DNA of 63,930 bases, filler included, from Blastocystis sp. subtype 4 (Eukaryota), in assembly GCF_000743755.1 (NCBI RefSeq). It is 3 parts of 3 records of this genome, joined end to end, with 100 filler letters (N's around TTAATTAATTAA, not from the genome) between each part and the next. Parts side by side here need not be neighbours in the genome. Positions count along the whole stretch, not along the records: positions 1 to 24,586 come from NW_014569388.1; positions 24,687 to 49,013 come from NW_014569387.1; 1 more part is not named here. The stretch is one strand, 5' to 3'. This document shows, piece by piece, positions 13,717-26,578 of the stretch. Within the stretch, counting starts at the first letter, position 1. Each line of letters opens with the position of its first letter. The position numbers and the translations under genes were made by a program. The notes below the pieces were generated by a model, which saw only the letters and a program-made list of their open reading frames with translations, was not told the DNA's origin and made no database searches.

Positions 13717-16700
13717 AATGTTTAGTACGAATATCCTGAATGTAATTCGTCATACCTTTGACAGTATATTGTTTCTTCATTACTTCATTTACTTCTTGCA
13801 CAATCATACTCTTTGTGTCTTCCCCAATCTCCAAGAACATTTCCACTAAATTTCCATCAATACAGTACTCGATATCCTTCACAGTGAATGGCGCTCCTGT
13901 CTGTCTCCAAACTGTATGATTCAATCCACCCACAGGCGTAATAAGCTAGTAATTAGTCTCAATCATTATTCTCACCTTATTCATCGTCTGCTCAATGCAA
14001 TGAAGAATCGAATACTCTTCATCACTGATTATTCCAATTATACCAATTTGACCACTTACAGTACAAAATGCCATGTTAAATTGAATAGCTGATTCGGTAT
14101 GAGCTTCATCGGTCAGAGCTAATTCTGCCTTATCATTACTCTGAGATCCTGAGCGGAAGAGAGAAACAGCAACAAATCGATTCACTTGGTCATCCAGATG
14201 GAACCATTCACGAACAACCACATGCTTCTGAGGATTCGTTCGATCAATCTCAGTATCTTCAATCACACTCATTATACACACATTCCCATACGCATCACCT
14301 ACTACCAACTTATCAGACTGTTCAGGAACACGATCTAATGCAGTGATATTCCGCCGTGTCATTTCACCAGCCACATATTCTAATTGAGCCCATTGTCTCC
14401 CACAGACACATTCCACTGTAAGTTTGTACATAGAGACACTTCGTAGAGTATCTCCTACAGCCACTGTACCGTGTTGCGAATCCACGGATAAGCTTGTAAT
14501 ACACACGTTATCAGCACGTTTGCATAACATCTGGATTGAAAGCGACACAGGATCAAAGTCAAATATTTGAAGCTCACTGTTGATTCCTGCTATGATCTTT
14601 CCTTGAAATGCACTCACTGCTAAACAACCCCCATTCACAGAATGTTCACATACCAGCTGTAACTGGCGTTTGTTACCTTCTCCTTCCACTCGGAAGATCA
14701 GTAGACGCCCTGCAGTAGGTTCACTCTCCGAAGGCAACATAAGAGCTGTGCCAACGACGTAGAACTCAGTCTGATTCTCTTGTGAGGGAGCAGGCAGCTG
14801 ATACAAAGGTGCAGAAGTCACAGCAATAGGGAATTCTGTGAGTTTGAGAGGAAGACGCATGAGTATGGTAAGCGAAGTGGAATCAACGAGAGCTAACTCA
14901 GCACGCTCACTGGTATTAGCAGCTTCAGGGATATTAAGATAGAGAGCAGAATGAGTTGTAGATTGGGATGCAATGGCCACACAATTATTATGAAGAGGAA
15001 CACGACAAATGTGAACACTGCGAACATCATCAATCTCAGCTGCTTCCAGTGCTGCTGTGTTTGTATTGACGAGGAGATAACGATGATCATCTTCAGAGCC
15101 TGGCAAGGCCACACATGCAGAGAGAGGAGCATAATCAAGCAGAGCGAGACTATGATCAATATGAACCACTATACGTACAACCAGGATGCATTCTTTCGAT
15201 AGAGGAAACAGGATTTAAAACCAGCAAGTAGCAATATGGAAGGATCTGTGGAAGGAATCCAAGTACCAGCGTATTTAGTAATATGAAATGATTTCTCCTC
15301 TTTCCATGTCTTATTAGTCAAGGCGAAAACACGAATGACTCCATCAATATGAGAGAGCATGAGATATGGTAATGATTGATTATCAAATGGAATTAGTGTC
15401 AAAATACAGGAGAATATTGGAGATTGGAATGAATATGTTTGATAGAGAGAGTCTCCCATGTATATCGATACACTGTTTGTTATCCATTCACATATACAAT
15501 ATATGGGAGTTTCATTCATGGAAACGATACTCAGTGCACTAACATCAAAAGTAGTTTGATGTGATTGGAGTAAATTTAACGAGGAAGGTTCTATCTGATA
15601 TAATGAGACTTGTGTACGAGTGGCAGTGAGGAGGAATTGCTTTGATGCAGCTGCCAACACAAGAGGAGTAGATTGAGGAATGGAAAGAGAATTCAACTGA
15701 ATATGATGAGTGTGTACAGTGATATGAAGATCATGATAATCATAATGATACAACACTACATCTTCTGAAGCAGGAATAGAAGAAGGAGTGATGCTATAAC
15801 TGACTTATAATAAGTATACTGACTTATCATTCATAACATCATAGTACTGTGTAATAGAAGGATACGAGACAATCAATCGATCCTTCTCTATTTATTATCC
15901 ACTCTTAGTAATTCAACCTCCATCTCGCCAATAACCAAGATACTGTGGTAACTGTCGATTTGATTGAGAATCCGTTTCATCACTCATTATTCGACATTCT
16001 ACACCACTTCGAATTTCTAATATAGCTGAAGTTGCATCATATCCACCTGCTCCTAACAACTGCATCTCCTCTTTTGTGCCTCCTTCCACAGCCACCATAT
16101 CAATGATAGGACCACAATTATTATAGGCTGTAATAGGTTCGAGACGATTTGAGAGGATCCGAAGAAGATGTGAAGGACCGCTGTAACTGCCTGTATAGAT
16201 CACACGATTATCAATATAACGAATCACAGAAGTAGATTCGACTCGACCAAGTGTGGAACAACGAATGCGATCAGACTCAACCACCAAAAGTGAGATTAAA
16301 CCGCGATGATCGCATAACAAGTACTTATCGTCTTCGATTTGATCCCAGATGATTGGACCCTCCATAGTGACTTTACAATGATTAACGAGCATTCCAGAGA
16401 TACTATGATTTAATGACTTGATGTACATCTACTCATAAAACTGGATTGTGGAATTTGAGCAAACAACAATGTGGTCAGAAATTTGAGCTATGGTAAAACA
16501 ATACTCGAAATGGTACTTGGAACGATGGCACTTGATGTGTCCGGTATTGCTACAGAAGTTAAAGCAGGAGAACTGTCTGTAACTTGCTTGTTAGAGACAT
16601 CCAACTGATAAACTTTCAAGTGTTTTTGTCCACGATACTCGTAGAGAATTGCAAATCGAATTATCTGGCCTGAAGAAGGTAAGAATTGAATATCTCGAAT

Positions 16701-17322
16701 TCCTAACTCGGGGATATGGATGTCAAAGGCTCTGAAAGCGATGTTGAATTCATTCGTCAAAGGAATAATCTACAAGTTCATTTAAATGCCTAGACAGACC
16801 TTCACACTTCCAATATACACATGAAGGAGACAAACACGATTTGAAGGATCTACGAGACATATACAATCTGAGTAGTCATTAAGGAAGTAGAATTTTTAAG
16901 ATTTGAAAGATATATCCACAGATCGACCAGTCTTATTCCGAATGTTTCCACAGACAACCGTAAGTATTTTCCCCTTGCTATGATCGCATCTACTAATCAA
17001 TTCCCTCCTTTCATTCATCACGATAAAACGGTGAAAAAGTAGTCATCGGTATATATGATAATATTTTCCTTCTCTCCAGCTACAATAAACAACAAAATGG
17101 AAGAAACCTACGTGAAGAGCAATATTTGCAGAGAGCAGCAATCCTTCCGTAGATAGGAACCTCATAAACGGGACTTAGTCCAGATTCCGAAACGGAATAC
17201 AACTCTAATTTGGATACTTTTGCCACAATCACATCCAAGCTGGAAGGAGATAAAAAGTGCCCCTTGATGCAATGTGTGACTGTTGAAGGCTGCTGAACTG
17301 AGACAATATAGTGATGACTCAT
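13717..17322 (-). CDS. DDB1: DNA damage-binding protein 1; stop completed by poly(A)
   Basis: YIVSVQQPSTV, EVPIYGRIA, YIDNRVIYTGS, NCGPIIDM, VVGTA..PSESEPTAGRLLIF, IDGNLVEMFL. Ends ...IRTKH, comparable to DDB1 TRIH. Confidence 0.93.
16872..16913 (-). other. U12-type AT-AC intron (42 nt) in DDB1
   Basis: Minus strand ATATCTTT...TTCCTTAAT...AC. Removal gives GNIRNKTGRSVDSDCICLVDP, collinear with DDB1 GNVQDRIGRP..GIIDP. Confidence 0.82.
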
Positions 17323-17445
17323 TCTTTGAGTTTTCAATACAATAACAGAAATAGGGTCTATTTTGTCATTCTACATAACTGTTCGATTTCCTCACAGCTG
17401 GCAAAACAATAGATTTCAACAAACATCATATAAATAAAGAACAGA

Positions 17446-18379
17446 CTAATTCTCAGAATATCCATACTACAATTCAATTCCTCTCCTTCCCCCTACCATT
17501 CCCATCATTGGAGCATTCATCATACCACTACTCTGTACAGGCTGAACTTGTTGCATATCATTCACATAAACATAATTGGTTCCATTCTGTGGAACGTGTT
17601 GTGCGTAAGAATGAGATTGTTGTGTAAGTACCTGAGGAATTGGTGGAGGAATTGGCTGAGGATAAGCGGATTGGTTTGAATGCATATAAGAAGAGAGTTG
17701 ATTAGGCACTTGCTGCATTGGGGTATCAACCATTGGCGTAGGGTTATTTGAAGGCTATGTATCATTTCATATCACCTATAGTACATAAAAGAATACCATT
17801 TGATTTAGACCCATAACTCGATTATTCTCAGTATTCGTATCTACATTCTGCTCTTCGCGAGGGATAATATCGATCAGAAAGTCATACATCTCGTTTTTAC
17901 CCACTGCATTTGTTATATCCACCTTCTATACCTCATGTTCTGCTAACAATGCTCACTTGTAAAGTCCTTCGCTTGCTCTCCTCTGTATGTTCCCATGCAC
18001 GAAGCGTTAATTCTCGAATAAATATTTCACAGGCCTTGGCCACAATAACAGGCGCTTCCGAACCAATCATCTAGGTTATCAGTTTTCCCTATTCTTACAC
18101 ATTGTTGCACTGAGTCATCCATCTTCATTATCTTCTTAATACGAGCCATAGGAAGTTCATGGTGTCGTTCACTGGTATTCTTCGAATCTGTCAATTCAAA
18201 TGGGATATTTTGCCAAAACTGATCTATACGAGAAGTTGACACTACAGAAGGGTTTGATATACTCATCTATATCCTAGATAGGAATTCCTCTCTCCTACTT
18301 GTTGAAATTGGTATTGCTGAGGAATCTGAGCCAAATTTTGATTCGTCATATACTGATTTGGAAGTACTCCCGTATTCAT
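17446..18379 (-). CDS. NFYC: Nuclear transcription factor Y subunit C (histone fold)
   Basis: [60 protein letters not shown], Gln-rich tail. Confidence 0.93.
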
Positions 18380-18518
18380 CCCAGAGACAATATACTATCT
18401 AATTCTTAACGTTCAAATGAGTGGTACTACCAAAAATCAGAATATAAGGTGGACTTCTCACGTTCAAAATGAATTAATAGATAAAACCGCGGTACTTCTC
18501 TGTTAAACAAACAGCTTC

Positions 18519-19406
18519 TTAAGCTCTCAATCCTCCATCAACACGAATTACTGCTCCATTTACCATTGAACAATCCATAAGAAACTACTTGTCACTTCTA
18601 GATGAATACTTACCTCCACAGCTCTGGTGAAGTCTTTCGCAGTACCTAATCTTTTGGGAAATGGAATGAGTTCTTCCAGTGCTTCTACAGCCTCTTCATA
18701 TCCTTCCAGCATGGGTGTCAGAAACATCCCAGGTGCAATACTGTTAAATCGAATTCCATATTCGCCCAATGCTCGAGCAAATGGAAGGGTCATTCCGATC
18801 ACTGCAGCTTTGGAAGTGCTGTACGCGATCTGCTTGGCTCCTCCTTCATATCCTGTCATACTATATGGTACAAAAGTGGTTTTCCAACCTTGAAGTGGTG
18901 ATTATCAAACCACGTTCTCCTCCTTTCACTGGTTTGATTGTCCGAATCCGTTGGGCAGCGAGTCGTGCGACGTTGAATGTGCCGCTTGTGTTGATACTGA
19001 GAACGCGTTCGAACAGATTAAGAGAGTGAACTCCGTGTTCATCAAATAACTATAGATAATCTACAATATCCAACAAAACAGAATGAGATGCAGTTACACC
19101 TGCACAGTGAACGACCAGTGAAGGAGGACCACCAAATCTCTCTTCAGTTGCATCCAGAACCTTATTTACACTATCAGATTCAATAGTGTTGATCGGTTGG
19201 AAGAGAGAATTCTTAGGATCCCTTAGCAGAGGGATCATCTCTCTGACAGTGCTGTACTTCTCAAACACAGTATCTGCAAGAACCACTTTCATACCACGAT
19301 TTACAAGCATGACTGCTGTAGCTCGACCCAATCCTATCCATGATCACACTCATCCAATTGAACCGCCAGCAGCACCTGTAACTAGTGCAATTCCATTTCC
19401 AAACAT
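18519..19406 (-). CDS. HSD17B10: Short-chain dehydrogenase, 3-hydroxyacyl-CoA dehydrogenase type 2 (HSD17B10-like)
   Basis: ALVTGAAG, HCAGV, GERGLIITTS, QIAYSTSKAAVIGMTLP.AR, IAPGMFLTPML, IPFPKRLG, IRVDGGLR. Confidence 0.85.
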
Positions 19407-19630
19407 TATAATTACAAAACTACCAATCGGTCAACGAAGAAAGAAAGGGATGAAGATAGGATGGATCATTCATCTATGTTGTTGCATATCTCTGCTATGT
19501 TCATTGTCATTATTTACGACTGATTCGCGAGTTGTTCATACAGAATACTGTTCCGTCAATTCCGCCCAATTCCCGTGATTGGTGTCCATGTTGTGTTTTT
19601 GAGAAACTGTCTTCACTTATTCGTAACTAT

Positions 19631-20131
19631 ATGAACACTGGTGAGGAAGGTAACACGAATGGATGGAATGTTATTCAAAGAACTAAGAAAACGAGGAAGT
19701 GTTGCCGATGAACAGAAGGAAAACACTGATAAGGGACATGTTTTTATTTGTATAAGTGATATGATGTAGATACCAAAGAAGGAGCCAGTAATAACAAAGA
19801 CTTCAAGTAAATCCTACAATGTGGAAAAAGATCCAAAATGTACTATTCGTTCTGAGATTGTGATAAGATTAGACCGGTGGCTGTTCATAGTATTAAAGTT
19901 GATAATTGTCATCCTTGCGTTGATTTCGTTTGCAATTGTATGGTAGAGCGTTTTATCTCTAATAGATAGATCTTTATGAATTGGATTGCTCCGTACTTGG
20001 TGTCCAAGGAAAAGAAGCTGGCAGTCTTGCGAGATAGATTGGTGATGAGCTTCTGTGTTACAGGAGAATGCTCGGAACAGGATTGGGAAGACATTAACCG
20101 AATTCTCGATCGTGCACGAAAGGGGATGTAA
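19631..20131 (+). CDS. Small hypothetical single-TM protein
   Basis: Spliced reading ELRKR...WLFIVLKLIIVILALISFAI...ILDRARKGM*, followed by TGTTTGTT at 20162. Confidence 0.45.
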
Positions 20132-20260
20132 CTTTGTTTGATAGTCTTTTTACGGGTGGATTGTTTGTTCTGTAGCAAGATCTGTGAGTATTGAATGAAA
20201 GAAATTGGACCAAATTCTGCACACATAGAAAAACAGTCCTTCTTCTGTGGCTGCTGTAGA

Positions 20261-21757
20261 ATGAATGTTACATTAATTACACTCCTCCAGACAAAAACAT
20301 ATGATGAAGAGAACCCGATCAGTGTCTATATGACGTTTCTCTTGGAATTTGATTTGATTTGAGTAGATGGAAGTATGTTATTATCGCTTCTCTGATTACA
20401 TTCGTTGTCATTTTAGTGTCTACCTATTTTGGGAAGCAGTTGGTCTTTGTTTCTTCATTTATTGTAGTATAAGTGCATCAAAGTTCATTGAGCAGTCTCT
20501 ATCGGGTGGAGCCAAAGCGTGCCATTTTCTCTCAAGTACTGAATTGTAGGACGTGTCCCGAAATCAACAAGAAATCAGTTGTATATCCATACTATGTGGC
20601 TACTGTTCAAGTCATGATAGTTGGCGAAGATCACTAGTAGAATGCTCGTCCATATCAAGAGGATCGCTATTGTACTGTTGGAACATTCAATGGAGATGAA
20701 GATGTTTCTTTTTATGCAGTCTTTGATGGACATGGTGGTTCCAAGTGTTCGCAGTACGCCTACTATGGTAACTTTATCTACAGATTCTGTGCCAACTATT
20801 TGCATTCCGCCATTGAAAACTCCATCAACACATCTCCTTACAAAGAGGACTCTACCAAATGCTCTCGTTCTGGTAGTTTCCGAAAAGGTGATAAGCGATC
20901 TACTTCAGGTTTTCTACGTGAGATGGATATTGTCAATGGCTTTCAGCTATGTGATGCTCGCTATCGGAATGCCGTGACAAAAGGTATTCTCTGGTATTCG
21001 AATAAGATATAGATGATGGATCAACGGTGGTCTCAGTCTTCCTAGCCAAGAAGCAGAAGCAACTAATTACTGCTCATGTGGGTGACAGTCGTGCTGTGAT
21101 GATTACAACAACAGAATCTTTTGACCTCACTGCTGATCATAAGCCTTCCAACCCAAGTGAGAAGGAGCGAGTGGAACTATTAGGAGGACGCATCATCCAA
21201 TACGGCGTATTACGTGTCCAAGGGGTTCTTGCAGTGACGCGTGCTTTAGGTGACTTCTCGTTACGACCGTATGTGAGTAATGTGCCAACAGTGAACTACT
21301 ATGAATTGACAGGGAAGGAGTGTTTCCTAGTATTGGCTTCGGATGGTCTGTGGGATGTGTTGGATCATGCAGAAGTGGCGATGCTTCTTCAGTCGTATGT
21401 GCATCAGGTAAGAATGAGAGTGAAGTGTGAGAGTAGAAGAAGTCGATGAGTGAGTGTGCACGGATGTTAGCAGAGTATGCTGTTCAGCAACAATCGATGG
21501 ACAATGTTAGTGTGGGAGGAAGAGATGAATAATAGATCACAGTAATGGTAATTGATATGAGAGATGCAGATTGCTCCTTTGGAAAGGAGGAAGAAGGAGT
21601 AATGTACAAATCCCCAAAACAGGATGAAGACAAACAAGTAGAGTCATCAGATGAAGACGATAAGATTGTTGTTGATGAGAGAGTGCGCGAATTTGAAGTG
21701 GCGCTGAAACGAAGCATCGAGGAAATTGAAAAGTCTTTGGGGTCTCTTGGAGGATAG
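20261..21757 (+). CDS. Protein phosphatase 2C (PPM) with N-terminal hydrophobic segment
   Basis: RPYQEDR, YAVFDGHGG, DGST, AHVGDSRAV, DHKP, LAVTRALGD, FLVLASDGLWDV, DNITVMVI. Confidence 0.92.
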
Positions 21758-21880
21758 ATATTGTATACTATTATGTGCTTGCATTGGTTGGTTGTTTGTG
21801 TGAAAAGCGTTTCGTTTACCTTATTTAAATCGACAATCGTTTGCGAGTTTCTTTGACCTATTGATAGAAGATTCCGTTTC

Positions 21881-24229
21881 ATGGAACGAGGTAACAGAGA
21901 TATCGAAACAAACGAGCCAGCTGCATTGTTGGAATGGGTTACCAAAGATGGTCTGAATTATGATTAGGTGAATGCTTGTCCTTGTATGAAAGCCAAATAC
22001 ACAGATTTTATGCAATTAAAGGATGGATTAGCCATTTCAACAATCTTGAATGACATGTACGTTTGATATTTTGTTTTATTGATGCGATTCGTAGTGATCC
22101 ATTGGAATTTCATATCATTCCAAGAAGGAATACGGAACATGACGATGAAGCTTGCAAATTGAATTTGGAAGATATTATCCAGGCTATTGTGCGATACTAT
22201 GACCGTACAAAAGGGTGGGAGTTGGAATCCAATATTCCTATTGATGACATCTTTTTTTCGTTAATCATTTCTGTTTGATTGATCTTTAGGGGAAATAAAG
22301 ATCCGTTGGTATTGATTCTACGATGGGTGATTACTACCATTCTGTTTAGCGCAAAGAAGACGGAATACATTCAATCCATTCTAACTCTCTCTTCTAATAC
22401 CCAATTCTACCTTCAACTCATTATTGAGACGGTTCTTAACACCTTCCCACAGGATGATGTGAATGAAAGTGCGATTTCTGAAGTTCATTCAATTTTGGAG
22501 GAGTCTCAATTGCTGTACAACAACCGTCTTATACCAACAGAAGAGGATTCACTGGATATCGACAATTCACGTTTACAACTTCGTTCTCATTTCGAAGAGG
22601 AAATACACGAGCTGGAATCGCGTGTTCTGACGCTTCAACAGAGTCTAACAGCCCAGAAAGAGGAAACGGAATTACTTCGTCGACAACGTGATGAACTCCA
22701 GCAAGAGGTGATGCGATTGGAGAGGGAAGTGGCAATGCAGAAGGAAGTGGTAAATGGATTGGAGGGTCAGGAACGGCGATTAAGTCTGGAAGTAGAAGGG
22801 ACTACCGAGAAGTACACAGAACAAATCCGATGTTTACAGGAGACAAATGAGCAATTAACACAGAAGGTAGAGATGTATTCGTCGGAGAATGCCCATTATA
22901 TTCAAGAGGCGGAGTTCTTGAGAACGAGCAAAGAGGATGAGACTCGGCGATATCAGAAGATGATTGCTGAGTATGAGAAGGAATTACAGAAGTTAAGGAG
23001 TGAAGTAGATCTGTTGACATCAGAAAAGGAATATCTTACCAAGTCAACAGAGAAGATGGAAGCACTAAAGCAGCGTGTGGAGAGTCTTCGTGCTGTGGAG
23101 ACACAGTTTGCTCAATTGAAGAAGGATGTAAATGTGATAGAATGAGTTAAGTGTAGCATGAATCTCTGCAGGAACAACTAGAAACACTCCAACATACGGC
23201 TGTAGATGATAGTGCAGTGAATGAGGTGAAACGATTGAGAGAAGAAGTAGGTATGTTGAAGGGTCGATTGGATGCAGTAAGGGAGGAATGAAGGGATGAA
23301 TTCTAGATAATGATGGAACGAGAGTCCTTGCAACAGCAAGTGGACCAGACTAAAGAGGAATCGAAGCGATTAACGGAAGGTATTACTATGAGAAGGGGAT
23401 CATCAATAGAATTGAAACTTACTCGATTACGTTCAGCTACTCAAGAGACTCCCTCTGTTCAAGTTGAAGGAGCACCGTTGTCTGTATTACTTCGTGACCA
23501 ACCCTCGAATGAACAATCATTAAAAGAGAAAATCCGTGGTTATATAGTTGAGAATAGTGAGTTACGAATACGACTACAAAAACAACAGAAGCAATTTGAA
23601 GAAGTGAGTGAGAATGTGGGTATTAAGTATAGCAATTGCAAGGAAAGGAGGAAGAATACAGGATTGGGAAAAGGACTTTAGAACAAGAGTACAAATCACG
23701 ACTTCAGGAGACTGTAGACTTAAGTGAGAAATTGGAGGAAAAAGAGAAGGAAGTGGTGATGCACACTACTACGATTGCAGATCTGCAGGAAGTGGTTACA
23801 AATCAGAAAGGAGAGAAAGAAACATTGGAGAAAGTATTTGTGAAGAAGGAATGTGATGTAGGAATTGAGTTCGCTGAGAGCGGAATTGGAAGAATATAAA
23901 AGTATAATAGAGGAGAAGGAGCGACAATACGTGGATTTGAAGAGGAAATGTGATGCGTTTGAAGCAAGAGAAGAAGAGGATCGAAGAAAACGTCGAGATA
24001 TATCCAATGGAGAAACACAAACTTTTAGCTACTTAATAACCACCTTGAAATTGAAAAGCGAGTGATTCAGCGAGAACGAGAAGTGATGCGAAACACGCTC
24101 TTTCGAGTAGAATTTGGGTCATTCGGTGATATCTAGAAAGGATCTGACATTTTTGCTAAGGCTTCTTCGCAGATCCTCAAAGACTCTCGACCTGCTCAAT
24201 TCCTTCGAAAATCAAAGCAATATGAGTAG
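21881..24229 (+). CDS. HOOK/CCDC88-family coiled-coil dynein adaptor
   Basis: N-terminal LLEWVN...LKDGLAISTILNDIDP and EYIQSILTLSSNTQ..L..IIE match the Hook domain, followed by long heptad coiled coils. Confidence 0.7.
24000..24043 (+). other. U12-type AT-AC intron (44 nt) in the HOOK-like gene
   Basis: ATATCCAA 5' site, TACTTAAT branch-like site, AC end. Removal restores the frame RRD-LEIEKRVIQREREVMR. Confidence 0.7.
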
Positions 24230-24386
24230 TTCATCTCTTTTCTGTTATATTATCCTTTTTGGCTTACAATTCCTGTTTGTTGTAAATTGTACAGGGTATA
24301 GAGATTGTCTAATTAAACATGTTAACCAGATTCCGTCGTGTTCCATCGTTTCCATTCATCGATTCCATAGAAATTGAGTCTCTACA

Positions 24387-24586
24387 ATGGTTACTTGTGC
24401 CCATCACAGAAACTGTAAGTATTGTGATATGAATAAGTCGTGAATTTCATTGTTGTAGTGTAAATGGCGTATGTTGTATTGTAACTGTTTCTAATCTCCT
24501 ATTAGATCGTCTTACTTTCAGTACTCCCCGTCGTCCTTATGAACGCGAGCGTCTGGACCAGGAGCTTCGTATTTGTGGAGAGTATG
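24387..24586 (+). CDS. RPS9: 40S ribosomal protein S9 (uS4), 5' part truncated by the gap
   Basis: After removing intron 24415-24505: [36 protein letters not shown]. Confidence 0.92.
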
Positions 24587-24686
24587 NNNNNNNNNNNNNN
24601 NNNNNNNNNNNNNNNNNNNNNNNNNNNNNNTTAATTAATTAANNNNNNNNNNNNNNNNNNNNNNNNNNNNNNNNNNNNNNNNNNNN
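24587..24686. other. Artificial contig linker N44-TTAATTAATTAA-N44
   Basis: 100-nt spacer with a six-frame stop cassette; identical structure at 49014-49113. Confidence 0.97.
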
Positions 24687-25025
24687 AGATGGCTGTAGAG
24701 TAGGAATGAAACAGAGAAACGATGTTTAGAGTGAGTTATGTGGAAGGAGAAGTGATTGAGGAAAGTGAAACGATCGTTTAATTGGTTTACTGGGTGTATA
24801 TTTGTTCTTACACGCTAGAAATGAATTATAAGGAAGAAATAGTTTGTAGAAAGCGATATTTCGATAAAAAGAGGAAGCTATGATACACAACGAATTGTCA
24901 AATCGAATTCCAATCGAATAAAGGTTCAAAAACCGTTTCATTCTTCGACCTTTTTGGTTCCCCTTTGAGTGTTGTAGTCATTTCTTCTTTTAGAAAGACT
25001 TGTATAGTCTTATAGGTGGAACAGA

Positions 25026-26505
25026 ATGAGTGAAAATACAAAACCGGAGTCCGTCTCTGTCGAAATGGTCGAAGTGGGCAAAGACACCTCTAAACAAGGC
25101 GAACAATCACTTCCCTACAAGAAGGGTGATATGTAGGCGGCGAAGCTGTCATATTATATGTAGTCGATATGATCCTCAAGCAAGAGCTCGAGCTGCCAAT
25201 ATGACTAGTTATGTTGCCATGGTATTCAACATTCTTCTTGCCATTGGAAAGGTATCGTATAAACGGTTTGGGTCATGTTGTAGTATATTGCTGGTTACTT
25301 TGGTAATTCCTCGTCTCTAATCGCAGGTAAGTTCTTTGTGTCCTTATAATCATTAGATGCCTATCATTCTGCAAGTGATTTGTTATCAGATATTATATGT
25401 GTTATTGTAAATTGCATTGCTCAGAGGCCTGCTGACTCTGATCATCCTTATGGCCATGGACGTGTCGAAATGATTGGTTCTATTGGCGTTTCATTGATGT
25501 TAATAGCTGCTGGAGGAATGGTGTGTGTTGAGAGTATTGAAAAGATGAAGAACCCCGAAAGTAAGCCTCTGGAGTGGTATACGTCCGTGGCTGCTCTCAT
25601 CTCCATCATTGTGAAGGAAGCATTGTACTGGTATGCTTATATAGTTGGTAAGAAAATCGAATCCAATGTTGTGATTGCGAATGCTTGGCACCATCGTACA
25701 GATGCTATTTCTTCTGTCGTTGCCTTTATTGGAACAGGTATTACCCTTCTCTGGGGTTGGCCTTATGCTGATCCCATAGCAGGATTGGTTGTAGCTCTGA
25801 TGATCTTCTATATTGGCTTGCAAATTTTATATGAGTCTGTGTGCTCCCTTGTGGACCGAATTCCAACGGAAGTGATTGACAAACTGAATTCCACGTTGGA
25901 AACTATTCCGGGTGTGGAAGGCTATTCAGACGTGCGTGCACGTGAAATGGGAGCCTTTATGGTAGTTGACTTGAAGCTGTATGTACATCCTGGTACCCAT
26001 GTTGAAGATGCTGAAGAAATTCAAAACACTGTGGAACGGATAATTAAAGAGGAGGTGAAGAATGTTTCAGAGGTGATGGTTCGAATCACCAGTATCCGTG
26101 ATGAGAAGAATACCAATTCGGTGGAAAATATCACAACACAAATTCGTAATGCTGTAACAGCAGTTCCGGATGTCAAAGAGATTACTCAGATTCGGGTATT
26201 TGGACCAGGTAGATAAGAAAGGATGAAGTGATGAATAGAACCTTATTCTGTTGATTTACATATTATTTGTAAAGATTTTAGCTCTTTTTGCGAAGTAGGC
26301 AGTATCTTGAAATGTTGACCCTTAGCAACATCAGGCTTTGCATGCCGTTAGGAAGGCTATTTATTCTGTAGGAAATATGAAAGCAGTTCATGTTGGACTG
26401 GAGTGTGATGACGACCATGAAGTGATTTGCGATGGAGAGCAACCCTGTGTAGTAGTGGAACATGAACATGAACATGAACATGAACATGAACATGAACATG
26501 AATAA
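25026..26505 (+). CDS. Cation diffusion facilitator (FieF/MMT-like metal transporter) with duplicated C-terminal domain and E(HE)7 tail
   Basis: AYHSASDLLSD, PADSDHPYGHGRVE, ANAWHHRTDAISS, ADPIAG, two ZT-dimer-like domains. The last exon from 26326 is in frame with (CATGAA)7-TAA. Confidence 0.9.
26461..26502 (+). repeat. (CATGAA)7 coding microsatellite
   Basis: Seven perfect hexamer copies directly before TAA 26503-26505. Confidence 0.97.
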
Positions 26506-26578
26506 AGTCTTAACTGTTTGTTCGTGGAAACCTAATTGTGTTCCATCGAAGTTTCTCCCACTAATAATCCTAACTACC

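Noticed and set aside
24587..24686. TTAATTAATTAA palindrome within N runs (also at 49014-49113)
   Set aside because: Artificial six-frame-stop linker for joining contigs. It is not biological, and synteny across it is unreliable.
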